NCBI RefSeq assembly: GCF_001447785.1
Contig: NW_015169794.1
Coordinates: 360,549-424,548 of the forward strand
Direction of reading: 5' to 3'
Source: Gekko japonicus
Taxonomy: Eukaryota
Length of the DNA stretch: 64,000 bases
Positions within the stretch are counted from its first letter, which is position 1. Every line of letters starts with the position of its first letter. Below are positions 49,050 to 61,460 of this stretch, one piece after another. The translations under genes were made by a program, and so were the position numbers. The notes under the pieces are model-generated. The model saw only the letters and a program-made list of their open reading frames with translations. It had not been told where the DNA came from and did not search any database.

Positions 49050-49270
49050 TGATTCCCCACTCCTCCACTTGCACCTGCTGGATGACCTTGGGAAAGCCAT
49101 AGTTCTGGCACAGGTGTTCTTGAAAAAGAGCAGATTCTGTCAGAGCTCCCTCAGCCCCACCTACCTCACAGGGTGTCTGTTGTGGGGAGGCAAAGGGAAA
49201 GGAGCTTGTAAGCCACTCTGAGACACCTTTGGGTAGTGAAGGACAGGGTATAAATGCAAGTTCTTCTTCT
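48993..49270 (+). mobile_element. tRNA-headed SINE, long form
   Basis: gagccagtttggtgtagtggttaag (A box)...ggtttgattcc (B box)...(CTT)n tail. Confidence 0.9.
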
Positions 49271-51689
49271 TGCTCTACCTTTGTGGATTTAAAGAGCACG
49301 ACCAGACAGCAACATCTTCCTTCCATGACCCAGTCATCTGCACCCTGTGTTGTCCCATTTTGGAAGCGGAGTAATTAGGCACCAGGGAAAGTCTGGTGTT
49401 TATGGATGCCAGCACTTCCACTCTGCTTTCTCAGATGTCTGAACTCTCCTGCTGCAAAAGGAACCCGGAAGAGAAGTCTGAACCCACAGAACCATTTCCG
49501 CCACTGTTTTTTTGGAGATGCTGCCTGTATGCTCACCAGGTAATGTGCTCTATGGTTGAGGTGCTGCAGTAATGTGAATGCCTGACCACCAGGCGAGCAT
49601 GCGGGGAAACCGCCTCAGGGTTTGCTGTCTGGTTGGTTGGCCCCACAACACTTTAAATGGTGCAATTAGAGGCATGCCTGGATCGTGGCAAGCCTCCACT
49701 GTGACCGCAGCCTTGGAGAGGGCAGCTAAACGATGAGACAAAGGGTTCAAAGCTTCATCGCTTTTCACACCGGGGAAAGAAGAGCTATATCACCCCTTGT
49801 CTCTGTTTTGCTTTGCTCAGAATAGTATCAGAACTGCTGGATGCTTCTGTCCTTCACACTCCAATTAAAAATTAACTGTTGACTAGGAGAGTACACCGTA
49901 TTCATCATCGAATGATGAAGCTTTCATTTAAAAACAAAGACCTTCTGCGAACCAGGGATGTCTAGTGTGCAGAGGGATGGACGAGGATCGGTTGCATGGC
50001 CAGACCTCCTGCTATAGTGGGAAGCCTACCAGGCTTCTATTGCTCCAGACTCCCACTGCTGCTTGGTGAAGCAGTGGGGCAAAATTAATGGGGAAAAGTT
50101 GCATCACAGTGACACTCTAAGAATTCCTAGAGCATCACTGAGACATCATCCCTGTCCCGCCTCCAAAAGCTCCCAAGGCTTGTCATTGGACGGGTGGAAG
50201 CCCTAAGGATCTGGGAGACCCAGTTTCAGATCTCCACTTGGCCATGGAAACTCCCAGGATGACCACAGGCCAGATGCTCTCTTAGTTTAACCTGTCTCTC
50301 AGGGTTGCTGTGAGGACAAAATGAGGAAGACAAAATGAGGAACAATGTATGCACTCTGAGCTTCTTGTGGAAGGGTGAAATAAATATGTATAGCTATATA
50401 GATCTGGCAGACAAGATACTCCACACAGGTGAGTTCTTAGGCTTGAAAGCAACCACAGTTTGGGGAAAGGGATTTCAGTGGGGTCCATAGTGCAGGAATG
50501 AGGTCTTCTCTGTACCAGCGTCCTATGCAGATTACCCCCTCTCCTTTCCAGGAACGATTGTTTTCCACGTGGTGAGCAAAAGCAGGCCCCTGTATGTTTT
50601 CTTCCATGGGTCAAATAGCAGCTGAGGGGAGTGAGCTGAGGTTATGAAAATGACAGGGGGGGGGAAAGGGTTAAATGCCACAGCCCCAATTCAGATCTCC
50701 CTGGCTGCTTTGCAGGAAACTGACAGGTAGGCCCATTCACAGGCTCACATTGGTCCTGATCTTTTTCAGCATTGTCGGTGACTATCAAAGTGATTCATGT
50801 TGGCAGAAGAATTACCACACTGTCACTGTCACAGGGGTCTAGACAGCAACAGTATGCAATGTTTTGACAGCTATGACAAATGTCCCCATGACAAGAAGAC
50901 TTTATCACTTGATTTGATGTCCTCTCTGAGTGCCTCACCAAAGACCCCTTGACAGACAAAGATTGTTAATGCACTTTGTTCCCCATCCAGCTTTTTCAAA
51001 AGGATGTTACTTGGCTTTCATGTCTGCTCCCTCCTTCCCACCCTCTGTCTGCTAGCTTGCTTTTTAGTTTCATCTCTGCCTAGTAATTTATCATCTGTCC
51101 CAGACTTAGATCCTTCTGGCTTTTTCAACAGTCTGTTTACTGCTACGGAGAACAGTGGCTTTCCAAAAAATACAAGAATAATGAAACCACAAAATACTTC
51201 TGGTAGGTCTTTATCTCTTTTTGGGAAAGCTGAGTGAATTCCCTACGTTGAAATCATGTAGGTGATAGTCTGAATCCCATATGTAGCTCATCACATGTGA
51301 AAAACACGCAAGCAACTGGAAGACACTGCTTATAGGCCCCATGCCAGAATTGGAGGAGGACTTATCCGTCTGGGACGTGGAGGAGTACTTCTCAGTCATG
51401 CTAAATGCCCAACAGGCAAGATCCCAGCCAAACTGGGACATCTGTTGTGTTTTGTTCTCTAAACGTTTATTGATCTACAGAATGTACCTGTCATGCGTCC
51501 AGTACTTCAAACACTTGTCACATGGAAGAGGGCAAATACTAGCAAAGGACTACATCGAATGACCTTAAGTTATGGGAGGGTAGATTCTGGAAGAATATTA
51601 GGAGGATTTTGGAAGAACATTAGGAGGTAACAGTGGCTTGACAATCTGTCAGGAATACGGTTGCCAACAGGCCTGGAGAAGAATTCACT

Positions 51690-52270
51690 GCATCTCCAAC
51701 AGGACATTGCAGAGCTGGAAAGAGTATCGAGGAGGGCAACCAAGATGGTGAGGGGGTTGGAGCACCTTTCCCATGAGGAAAGTCTGAAAAGTCTGAGACA
51801 TTTCAGTTTAGAAAAGAGATAACTAAGGGGGGACATGATAGAGGTTATACAATTAGGCATGGGGTGGAGAGAGTTGACAAATTGAATTTTTCCTTCCTTT
51901 CCCAAAATACTAGAACTCGAGGGCGTCCAATAAAACTGATGGGCAGTAGGTTCAAAATGGTCAAAAGGAAATACTACTTGACACAGAGAGTGATTAAAAT
52001 GTGGAATTCGCTGCCAGAGCATGTAGTGATGGCCACAGGAATAAACACGTTTAAAAGAGGATTGGATAGATTGATGAAGGATAAGTCTATTAATGGCTAC
52101 TAGCCATGGTGACTGTGTGTAACCTCCACATTCAAAGGCACTAAGCCTCTGAATCCCAGAGTCAGGAGGCAACATCAGGGGAAGGCTGCATCCTCTACGC
52201 CCTGGTTGGCCACTGTGTGAGGCAGGATACGCCCTGGTTGGCCACTGTGTGAGACAGGATGCTGGACTCC
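51690..52270 (+). mobile_element. CR1 3' fragment
   Basis: TRTRGRPIKLMGSRFK...VIKMWNSLPEHVV...FKRGLDRLMKDKSINGY*, then 3' UTR with a 32-bp tandem duplication at 52196-52259. Confidence 0.92.
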
Positions 52271-52577
52271 ATGGACCTTAATGATCCTTTATTTAAGAGC
52301 TGAAGACCCAGGGTATACCAGAATTGGCTTGTCCGTTTTCTTTCGCCTAATGTTATAGAAGTAACTGTCTTTCTATTTAAAAAATCTGTTCATAGAATTC
52401 TATTTAAACCTTTAAAAAATTCACTTTACATTCCAAAGTACATTTATAATGGAAAATACTTCACGTCATTTTGCTATTCGACCCCAGGATGTTCTTTTCG
52501 TCTCAGTTTACAAAACCATGTATGAATTAGCTGTATCAGTACTCCAGAGCAGTGGTCTTCCACCTATGGGTCAGGAC

Positions 52578-52834
52578 TAGGGTTGCCAGGTCCTTGGCTC
52601 TCGCCAGCAGGGGGTGGGAGGGAGCTTCCTGGGAGTGGGCAGGGCAGGGTGATGTCGCCATGCACAACGTCCCCAGCATGATGATGTCACGCGGAAGTGA
52701 TGTCATCATGCTGGGGATGTCATGCTGGAGCCTGGCTGTTGGGGGTGGGGCTTCCCCCCAGCCAACTGGCCAGCGGTGAGTAGAAGCCCACAACATTGGG
52801 GGTTCCCGCTCCCACCTGGGGGCTGACAACCCTC
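52578..52834. mobile_element. TAGGGTTGCC-family MITE nested in an older CAGTGG-type element
   Basis: TSD gtcaggac/atcaggac; internal TGATGTCA repeats. Confidence 0.8.
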
Positions 52835-53454
52835 ATCAGGACCCTCAGGTGGGTCACAGAGCTCCAACTCCTGGGTCATGAGGTCCTTAGAGGTTTTGCC
52901 GCTTTGGGGAAGGACTTGCTGCCGATGTGCATGCATAAAGAGCACCACACCTCTTGCCTCCCTTTTCCTGCACAAGCAGGAGTACACAGAGGTAATAATC
53001 CTGGACTTTATATCAGAGAGATATCATTCCAGATCTCCCTTCTAGGGTTACCAGGGCCTGGCAACTGGCAGGGGAACTTACAGGTGGTGGTGGGGCCTCA
53101 CCGGCAACATAATGATGTCATGGGAACATTCTGAAACCTCTTCCTGTTATGTCTGAGCATTTATAGGCAATGTCAAGTACACTCTGGCATTTGGGCAAAT
53201 CTGTATGGTTAGACCATATTGGCCCGAATCCAAGAGTGTCCCCAGTATCACCCAGTAATGCACTAATATCACTGCCAGGTGCATAAGGAGAGATGTCTGC
53301 ACACTGGGACACTGCTACTGTTTTCCCCACCCCATTTGCTGCCATTTTTCCCCTGCCAGCCAGCTGAGCAGCAGTGGGGACGTGCCTGCTAGGGGCAGGG
53401 GAGGCGTGGTACATGGCCATGGTATCAGGTCCTTGCAGTTCAGCGGGTCCCATG

Positions 53455-53661
53455 CAATGTTCCCTCTAAGCTGTGGAGTCTTGTGAGCAAAAATTCTACT
53501 TTGTGAGCCACTGGCATTAAAGCTGTGAGCGAGCGATTTTGGCTGCTGCATAAACTAGGTTGTTCTGGAGCCCTCCTTCCTGAGCTAAGACAAAAATGTG
53601 TGAGCCGGAGGCTAAAAAACTGTGAGCTGGCTCACACTAACTCAGCTTAGAGGGAACACTG
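53455..53661. mobile_element. hAT MITE, 207 bp
   Basis: 19-bp TIR caatgttccctctaagctg / cagcttagagggaacactg with one mismatch; perfect TSD gtcccatg. Confidence 0.93.
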
Positions 53662-55262
53662 GTCCCATGCTGTCTGAGAGTTAAAGGCTGATCCCAGGGC
53701 CAGTAAAGTCAAAGACTACTGCTGCAGAGACTTCTCTTACTCCATATACAAAGAGGTATAGGCTGCCTTTGAAAAGTTCTCATAAACTCAGTTACTACAA
53801 ATTACATGTGTCCAGGGCTTTTCACTTGAATCACATTATACCTACTCTGATCCATCCACATTGGCTATCGGTCCCTTTTCACATGCAATTTAAAGTGTTA
53901 GTTTTAAAGGCCTAAATTGTTTGGGCCAAGATAACTGACAAACTGCCTTTACCAAGGTGTTGAGACTGGCAGGTGAAGCCCTGGTTTGCACACTACTCTT
54001 TCCTCAAGAGGCAACATATAACATTATTTCTTGCATCTCTCTTACCAAAACTCTTGGCTTGTATGAGAAAAAAAGCATGATATTAAGTTTGGGACTGGTT
54101 AATGAAGAATAAATAAGTGCAAAAATGAGCCCTTGGACAGCAATGATTTACTGACACACCAGTCTCTGCGGCTGGGTACATTTAGCCCTCTTGGTAATTA
54201 AATCCATGTCATTCATTAAGAAACATGCCAATTATCTCCATTAGTGAGGAGGTCAAGCTCTCAACAAGGTTCTTTCACAGAAATACAGAGGACCACAAGG
54301 ATGTTGGTACTGTTTGTACTGTCCCAGAGTGCTGTTAAGCATCTAACACTTCATTTTTCAAAACTTTGAAGGCTTTTCTCTCTGACATTTCTGTTTACTT
54401 TGGAATAGCTGAAATGGCAACCAAGCAGAAGAATGGAAGCATAATCATACAATACACCGTGGCCCTGCTTTGCCACACATTAGGAGCTCTCAAAATGAAT
54501 TCCAACTAAGAGAGCCAACCTGATGTGTGTTTATGCATATGTGTGTGTATAGTAGGCTGAACCATCTACCTCGCAAGAAGAGGACCATAGCATGGAGGAA
54601 ACCATTTACCAGAGAAGAAGCAGACTCAGGGAGCTTCCTTTCCCTCACCCTGCCTGATAGGTGTGGGCTATGCTTCAAATGCCCATTGACCCAGGTGAAA
54701 AAACAGAGGGGAAAAGGAAGTTCTGGCCTCTGGCACCAGCCTAGGTTGCCAACTCTGGGCTGGGAACCTCATGGATATTTAAGGGGGAACCTGGGAAGGG
54801 CAAAATTTGGAGAGGGAGCTCAACATGTGATGCCCTACAGCCTGCCCTTCAAATCTGCCATTGATCTCTGCAGTCTGGGAATTAGTTGTGATTCCAGGAG
54901 AACTTCAGGCACCACCAGGAAGTGGGCAACCCTACCAGCCAAAGGGGAAAAGTTATGTCAGATAGTTCCATCACTTTCATCAAAGCAAGATCACTAGCAG
55001 TGCAATCCTAAGAAGAGTTACACCCCTCTCAGCCCATTGACATAAATGAATTTAGAATGATATAACTCTCTCTTTCTCTCCCCCCCCCCAAACTCAACTG
55101 GTTTGTTATGAAGATCAAATGAGGAAAGAGAGAACCCTGTCCTCCTTGAGGCAGGGTAAGATAAAAATGTGAGACTGATAATAAGCCTTTTTTTGCCACA
55201 GAATCAACTTTGAAAGTCTGGTGATAAAGCTTATCAGCCTCATAATAATGGTGTGATGGGAA

Positions 55263-55450
55263 TAAGAACATAAGAACTTAAGAGACGCCAATGTTGGATC
55301 AGGCCAAAGGCCCATCCCGTCCAACACTCTGTGTCACACAGTGGCCAGAAATACCAGGTGCCATCAGGAGGTCCACCAGTGGGGCCAGGACATTAGAAGC
55401 TCTCCACTGTTGACCCCCCCCCAAGCACCAAGAAGACAGAGCATCACTCC
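55263..55450 (-). mobile_element. CR1 3' end
   Basis: (TAAGAACA)n tail; near-identical reverse complement of 28420-28605. Confidence 0.88.
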
Positions 55451-56357
55451 CCACCAGAATACCATAATCTATCTTTCACTTTATGCTTGAGAAAGTAAGA
55501 TCATTTCTTGTTGTTGCTAGATGCTTTCACTCTTCTAGCCACATCAATCTTGTATTGATTATTGTTTTTGTGGACTGCTTTTTCTTTAAATGATAAACCC
55601 ACCTCAAACCCTTTTCAGTAAGGGGCATGGGACAGAATGAGGGTGAATATACATGGCTTGGGGAACACTTTCAAGGCTTAAATCCAAAGCTTAGATTTAG
55701 TATTAGATCCAAAGCTGACACTATGAAAAATGTATGTTGAATTTGTTATGGTTAAGGTTGGTAAATAAAGGTAAATTCATGTCCTGCAGGGACTGAACAC
55801 ACACCTATTAGCTATACTTCTTCAGTACACAATTGAGAAACAACATGCAATTCAGCATCTCCAAAAATAGTTGGGTAAATAAGATGAACAATGAATTAAG
55901 CAATGTGGGGACTCTAGTTGAGTGCACACAACAGCACAGAGCTGGATTTACGCATGAGCAAAATAAGCTACAGATTCAGGAGACTGTGCTTTCTTGTTCC
56001 AGGATAGTTTATCTCAAGTGAATGCCATCAACTCAATCTTCTCTCATAGTCAGTAACCCCAACCAACAGTTAAGGGTATTTTCCCAAGATTCTGGTTTTT
56101 GATACAAAGTTCTAAATTACCTGAGGTAGCCTGAATCTCTTTGAGCCAAAGTTCCTCCTATATTCGAGGATGATCAGCCAAAAAAGCACAATTTTCTGTA
56201 AAAGAATCTTGTGGCACCTGAAAAGACTAACAGATTGTAGAACACTCTCAACATTGGAGCATGTTATATTTGCCACTGGCTGGCACGGGAAGAACCTCAG
56301 AGACTCATCATGTGATTGTGCTGAGCAATATAATATTCCAGATGTTATGGTCAGAAG

Positions 56358-56525
56358 TAGGGCTTTAAAAAAGAGAGCGAGAGCGGTCCCGGAACTCTCA
56401 AGAGGAAAATGAAGTGTTCAATCTGTATACTGAAAACTCATGAACTTTTAAACATTCTTAAAAGAATTTTGTCGAAAAGGTTCTGGAACTCTGTTCCAGT
56501 GCATTCCCCCATTTTAAAAGCCCTG
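56358..56525. mobile_element. hAT MITE
   Basis: TIR tagggcttt / aaagccctg; TSD gtcagaag/gtaagaag (7 of 8 match). Confidence 0.8.
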
Positions 56526-58430
56526 GTAAGAAGATAGATAGCTTGCCACACAAAGTTCTTATGTGGCAATAAAAGCTGATTTGGAGTAATTTTAATTCAA
56601 TGTACTATTTCAATATTTTGAAATGAACGATGATACAAACACAATCTCCAGGTGAATATATCTTGTTCAAAACTCCCCCAATTATACCAGGTATGTTCCA
56701 CATTGGATCACCATAGCAAAGTTCCATGGGAAAACTCCGCTTGTGCACAACACCATGCTGAGCAGCTTTGCTCTTCTTACATGGTAGCTGTTGGGCTTCA
56801 GGCCAAGGTCCTTGCAGTTTCTATATGCTTTTGAGAGAATAAAGTAATCTGCTTTGCTGGAGGAGAAACTGTATCCCCTGAAGACATGGTAGGGTCATTA
56901 AACTGACCAATTTGTAAATATCGTAAAGTCTAACAAAGTTACATTTTGTTAGTCTTTCAGGGGCTACTGGACTCTTACACTTTTCTACTGCTACAGACAA
57001 AGATGGCTACCCATCTTGTTGTTTCATAAAGTATAGAATCACTGCAGCTGATCCCTTCTTTTTGCCTGGGCAGTTGGGCACATCCTTTAAATGACCAGCT
57101 TTGGACAGAAAGCACTGCCTGCTTTTGTGCCTTTGTAGTAAGAAGCACCTATATGACAAGTGATTGTAAGAACTGAGCTCAAGATTAAATGGAATCACAG
57201 GCAGACACGAAAGGCATGTAGAGACATCTAAATAGTAACTCAAAAATCTCAAGCTATTTTTTCCCCTTTTACCATGTGCCTTTTAAAACATTGGCGAGGG
57301 CAGCAGATGACTGCAGTGGTACTGTGAAAAAGCCATCTAACCATGCAAGAAAGCACAAATGAAATGCATACAAATTTGCATCTGAACATCCTTAATCATG
57401 AACAGCAAGCTGGATATGAACCTAACTGGTATGCACTGTAGTGTAACTAACTTTAATGGCCATTCTCTTGATTTTATTACATGAGTTGTTTTTAAAGTAT
57501 TATTACCCATCCTTTGGCTTCTGGGGGGTGAGGTTTAGCCATGTAACTAAATGAAATATATTAAAATGTGCAAATGCAGAAACGTTTGCCTGTAGCAACT
57601 TTATAAGACAATATGACCCCACAACAATGGTTTCCCCCACATCATGGTCTGCTCCTGACATTAGTCTTTCTCCCCACTCTGTTTCACAATAGCCTTTTGA
57701 TCTGTTTTAATGTCCTGGCTTTCTTGAAGCAATATTGTTTGAATGTTTCATTCAGGAGCCTCATCTTTCCTCTTGGATGTCTTGGAAACCAATCAACACT
57801 AAGTCATTTTTAAAACAAGACAAAACAAAAAACGCCAAATCCTCTGGGCTTGGCACAACATCTGACTAGTCTGTTTCTTTGTAGAATAAATATCCATTAC
57901 GAATTTGCTCCTTTTTCACACTGGTCACCCTTATTGTCAAGTGGGTGGCCCAATTGTCATTTATCCCATTGTACACATTTTCCAGCCCTGAAACAAAGCA
58001 GCTCGTCCGAACTCAGCTATGCCACTGTTTTATTTTAACCAATGAAAACTTATTGTGATTTATTTCATTCAAATGTAATACGTGCTAAAGCAGGGAAACA
58101 ATAATTGTGGTCATATTGTACCAATTCCCTGGATATCTTTATTTCTTTTCATGCAACAATTTTTCTAATACAACACAAACCAAACCGTACTTGATATTAC
58201 AACCAGCTAGCACCAATGTTACAAATTAGGCATATGCTATTAGGCCCTGTGTGAGTTCTGCTGGCCAAAATAGCCTCACCCCGGATTGCTTTCTGACTTA
58301 CTACCTGCTTCAAGGGTGTACTGAGCATTGGTTTGCTGTATATCTTTATCTGAATTGTATTTTTAATTGTATTTTTTGTGTATAGTAATGTATTCCAAAC
58401 CAACTGAAGTTTCCTGCTGCTGTTTCAACA

Positions 58431-58502
58431 TTCTCTCTCTCTCTCTCTCTCTCATGCATGTAGGTATATATATATATATATATATATATACCTACATGCA
58501 TG
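58431..58502. repeat. (CT)n tract followed by a perfect 50-bp palindrome centred on (TA)13
   Basis: catgcatgtagg(ta)13cctacatgcatg at 58453-58502. Confidence 0.95.
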
Positions 58503-58892
58503 TATGACCCATTCTGTAGATGTTATCATTCTCAAAATCATAGCAGTTAAAATGCATGACATTGCCAGCGACGTAGTGACATCACTTTTGTGTAAACCAA
58601 AACTGACATTGTTGAGTAGAGGTGATACCCTAGCATTCATCCAATACTCTATGATTTAACCATGACATTTGGGGTGAATGCTAGAGCACTGCCTGACGTG
58701 ATATTGTCACATTTGGATTGCATCAGAAGGGACAAAATGGCATTGGCACAGTGCCAAACACTCCCACTCCCCCCAACATTTCCCCCTTGCTGCCAAGTGG
58801 GCAGCAGCAGAAGGGGGTTGGAGATCTTCCTCTGAAGTGGAGACCTGGCCACACTAACATAACTGCATGCTGATCCTAACTGAAAATATATT

Positions 58893-59018
58893 CTGGTGGG
58901 TAGCCGTGTTGGTCTGAAGCAGCAGAAAAAAGTTCGAGTCCAGTGGCACCTTTTAGACCAACAAAATCTGAATAAAACTTTGTTGGTCTTAAAGGTGCCA
59001 CTGGACTCGAACTTTTTT
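58893..59018. mobile_element. Penelope-derived hairpin insertion with 13-bp flanking direct repeat
   Basis: gggtagccgtgttggtctgaagc end signature; ctgaaaatatatt at 58880-58892 and 59019-59031. Confidence 0.7.
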
Positions 59019-59254
59019 CTGAAAATATATTGTTTGGAAGGGGAAAGTACCCTTAAAACCAGTCTAGACCTAAAGAGTTCTTTCCAGACATTACAGTCAC
59101 ACATTCTGGCGACCACTGATGGGGGCATTTTATTTATTTATTTTTATTTTATTTTATTGGTCTTGTATCCTGCCCTCCCCACAAGCAGGCTCAGGGCAGG
59201 TTCTATACATCTCAGTACAGTACTCGATACAATTTAAAAACAGTTTAAAACAAC

Positions 59255-59823
59255 TGCCAGCTGTCTGGCTCACTCCCAGAAGACAGTTTACTACAACTCC
59301 AACACAAAGAATCCAGAGAAGTGAGGTTAATTGGGAGAGTGAGGGAACAATGAAGGAGAACAAGGGATCTCAAGGGCCCAGGGGGAGAAGTCAGAGAAGT
59401 GAAGAGGGATGGCAAGGCTTCAGAGAACAGGGGCAAAGAGTCGACAACGACCTCAGACAACGACCCATCGAACGAGTCTCCACGCCAAGCCAAGGAGGCA
59501 AAGGAAGAAGATGAGGAGGCGGTCCCGACAGATAGGAGGAAGAATGCCATAGATCATTGGCCCTGTTGCTTTAAGCTGGGGAACAGGTTGAGGAGGGATA
59601 CACACAGCCGGGGAGGATGGAATCAGAGCGAAACAAGGACTGGGCAACAGCTGTGAAGTAACACTGTCCCAGGGGTTTTCGCTCTGATAAATAAGGAAGA
59701 GCACCCGACTTGGGGGCTCTCTCACCTATGTTCTGAGGCTACTGGTGTATCGGTCCTCTGTTCCTGGAGCCTAAGTCCCCCAGCTGGCGCATGACTCCCC
59801 AGGAGAACGCCCGACTCCTGAAA
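59255..59823. mobile_element. Solo LTR (Gypsy-like)
   Basis: Ends TGCCAG...CTGAAA, a decayed TGTCAG...CTGACA. Flanked by the 5-bp direct repeat acaac at 59250-59254 and 59824-59828. Purine- and CpG-rich interior. Confidence 0.7.
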
Positions 59824-60839
59824 ACAACATACCTCATAAAGTGCCATGTATAATTTAGCATGCACTATCCATGATATTTCCAATACACCCAGTCACCATA
59901 TGAAAAGGGCAATATGCACATTTTGTATGCCCTTACAGCTTCATATACATTACATGGTTTCATTGTACTTCTTCATACTGTGCACAGCACATTCTACAGA
60001 ATAATCACATACTTCTGTTATGGTGGCCATAGTGACTACAGATTATTAATAATAATATTAATCAAAGAAATTATACATGTCAGGAAATTCCACGGGGTGG
60101 AGGGTGAGAAGTGAAAAGCCATAATGAGGTTAATGCAGTGCTAATATACATTAAAATGTGCCCCTCCATTGTTCATTAATAGGCAAACATATTCACACCC
60201 TCCAGAACCAGACAATGAAGAAGAAGAATGGTGATAATTACTGAAATTATGTAAAAGAATAGGATCAGCAAAATTACTGAGCTGAAACCCACAAGGATTA
60301 TTTAAAATTGCAGGCAAGAACGTTATTTCAATGTAATTGTAATACTGACTGATGCCATCTTGGAGGTGGAGAAGAGCTGGTACCAAATTCCAGTCTCTTT
60401 CTAAGCCTACCTCTAATGACTAATTACCCTGTATTATGGAAGGTCATAAAAGTTGATGCAACTGATTATGAACTTCTTGCCAATTCTGAATATTGCCAAG
60501 GAACATAAATCCCAGAGAAACACACACTTCTCACTTGCAGTGCCCCAGGTGTAAGTGCACTTGATAGCTTCCTTCCCAACTCTGCTAATTCCAAATTTTA
60601 CACCCCTGGGATGGTGGAATAAAAGGGAATGGCTGCTAAGGAGTCAGACTTCCTAATACAGGAAGCCACTGCTGCTGGGAAACACAACCATAAATCCTTC
60701 TGCAGCACTGAGTGTCAGGTATCATGATTCATTAGCAACCATTTGCTTTATTCTAAAACATCTGTCTCACTTTGTACATGTTACGCATTGAATGAAACAC
60801 CAATCGCTTTCAGGTCAGTGGCAGAATTCACGTGAACTT

Positions 60840-61460
60840 TGTTGATTCATTTATTCATTTGTTTAAAGGGTTTTTTGTTTTGTTTTTGCCGAACCCTCCT
60901 TTCCATTAAAACATCCCAGGCAGCTGACAGTCACAAAATATAACACAATAAAAAATACATCTCATAAAACCTTAACCAAAGACAGCAGCAGGCTCTTATG
61001 AATAAACCATAAACTAAAATGGTAATCAAAACACTGTAGTAAAACATAGCAAACCCTCCCTAGAAATATAACAAAATGGCAGGAGTTGCAAAAGTGTAAC
61101 AACCCTCTTAGCACCTTCCCTTCCCTCACACCAACAGCAGACCATAACTAGTCAAATGCAGCATTAAAATATTGACCCAAACTGACTGGAATGAGAATGT
61201 CTTCATCTAGCACAAAAACAATAGCAAGATTTGTTGCTAGATGCTCCTGGGGAAGGCTATTGCAGCACTGTGGCACCACCATGGCCACCAAGGAAGCCCT
61301 TTCCTGGGTTTACCGCCTACCTCCACTGAGCAGGCAGGAGTAGCCAGTGTAAAGCCTCTGATGAGAACATTTATAAAAAAGCAGTACTATATGGTCCCAA
61401 AGTTTACAAGTTAAAGCCAGCTCCTTGAATTGTGCCTGGAAACCAAGTGGAAGCAAATTA
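60840..61460 (-). mobile_element. Old L2 3' fragment
   Basis: (TTCA/TTTA) tail, A-rich UTR, and degenerate C-terminal coding similarity (ccagctccttgaattgtgcctggaa). Confidence 0.5.

Noticed and set aside
51341-51562. 73-aa ATG ORF
   Set aside because: It runs into a decayed CR1 RT C-terminus (YFKHLSHGRG) and has no splice or homology support.
59119-59725. Overlapping 85-131-aa charged or Ser-rich ORFs
   Set aside because: Low-complexity, purine-rich LTR interior with no domain motifs.
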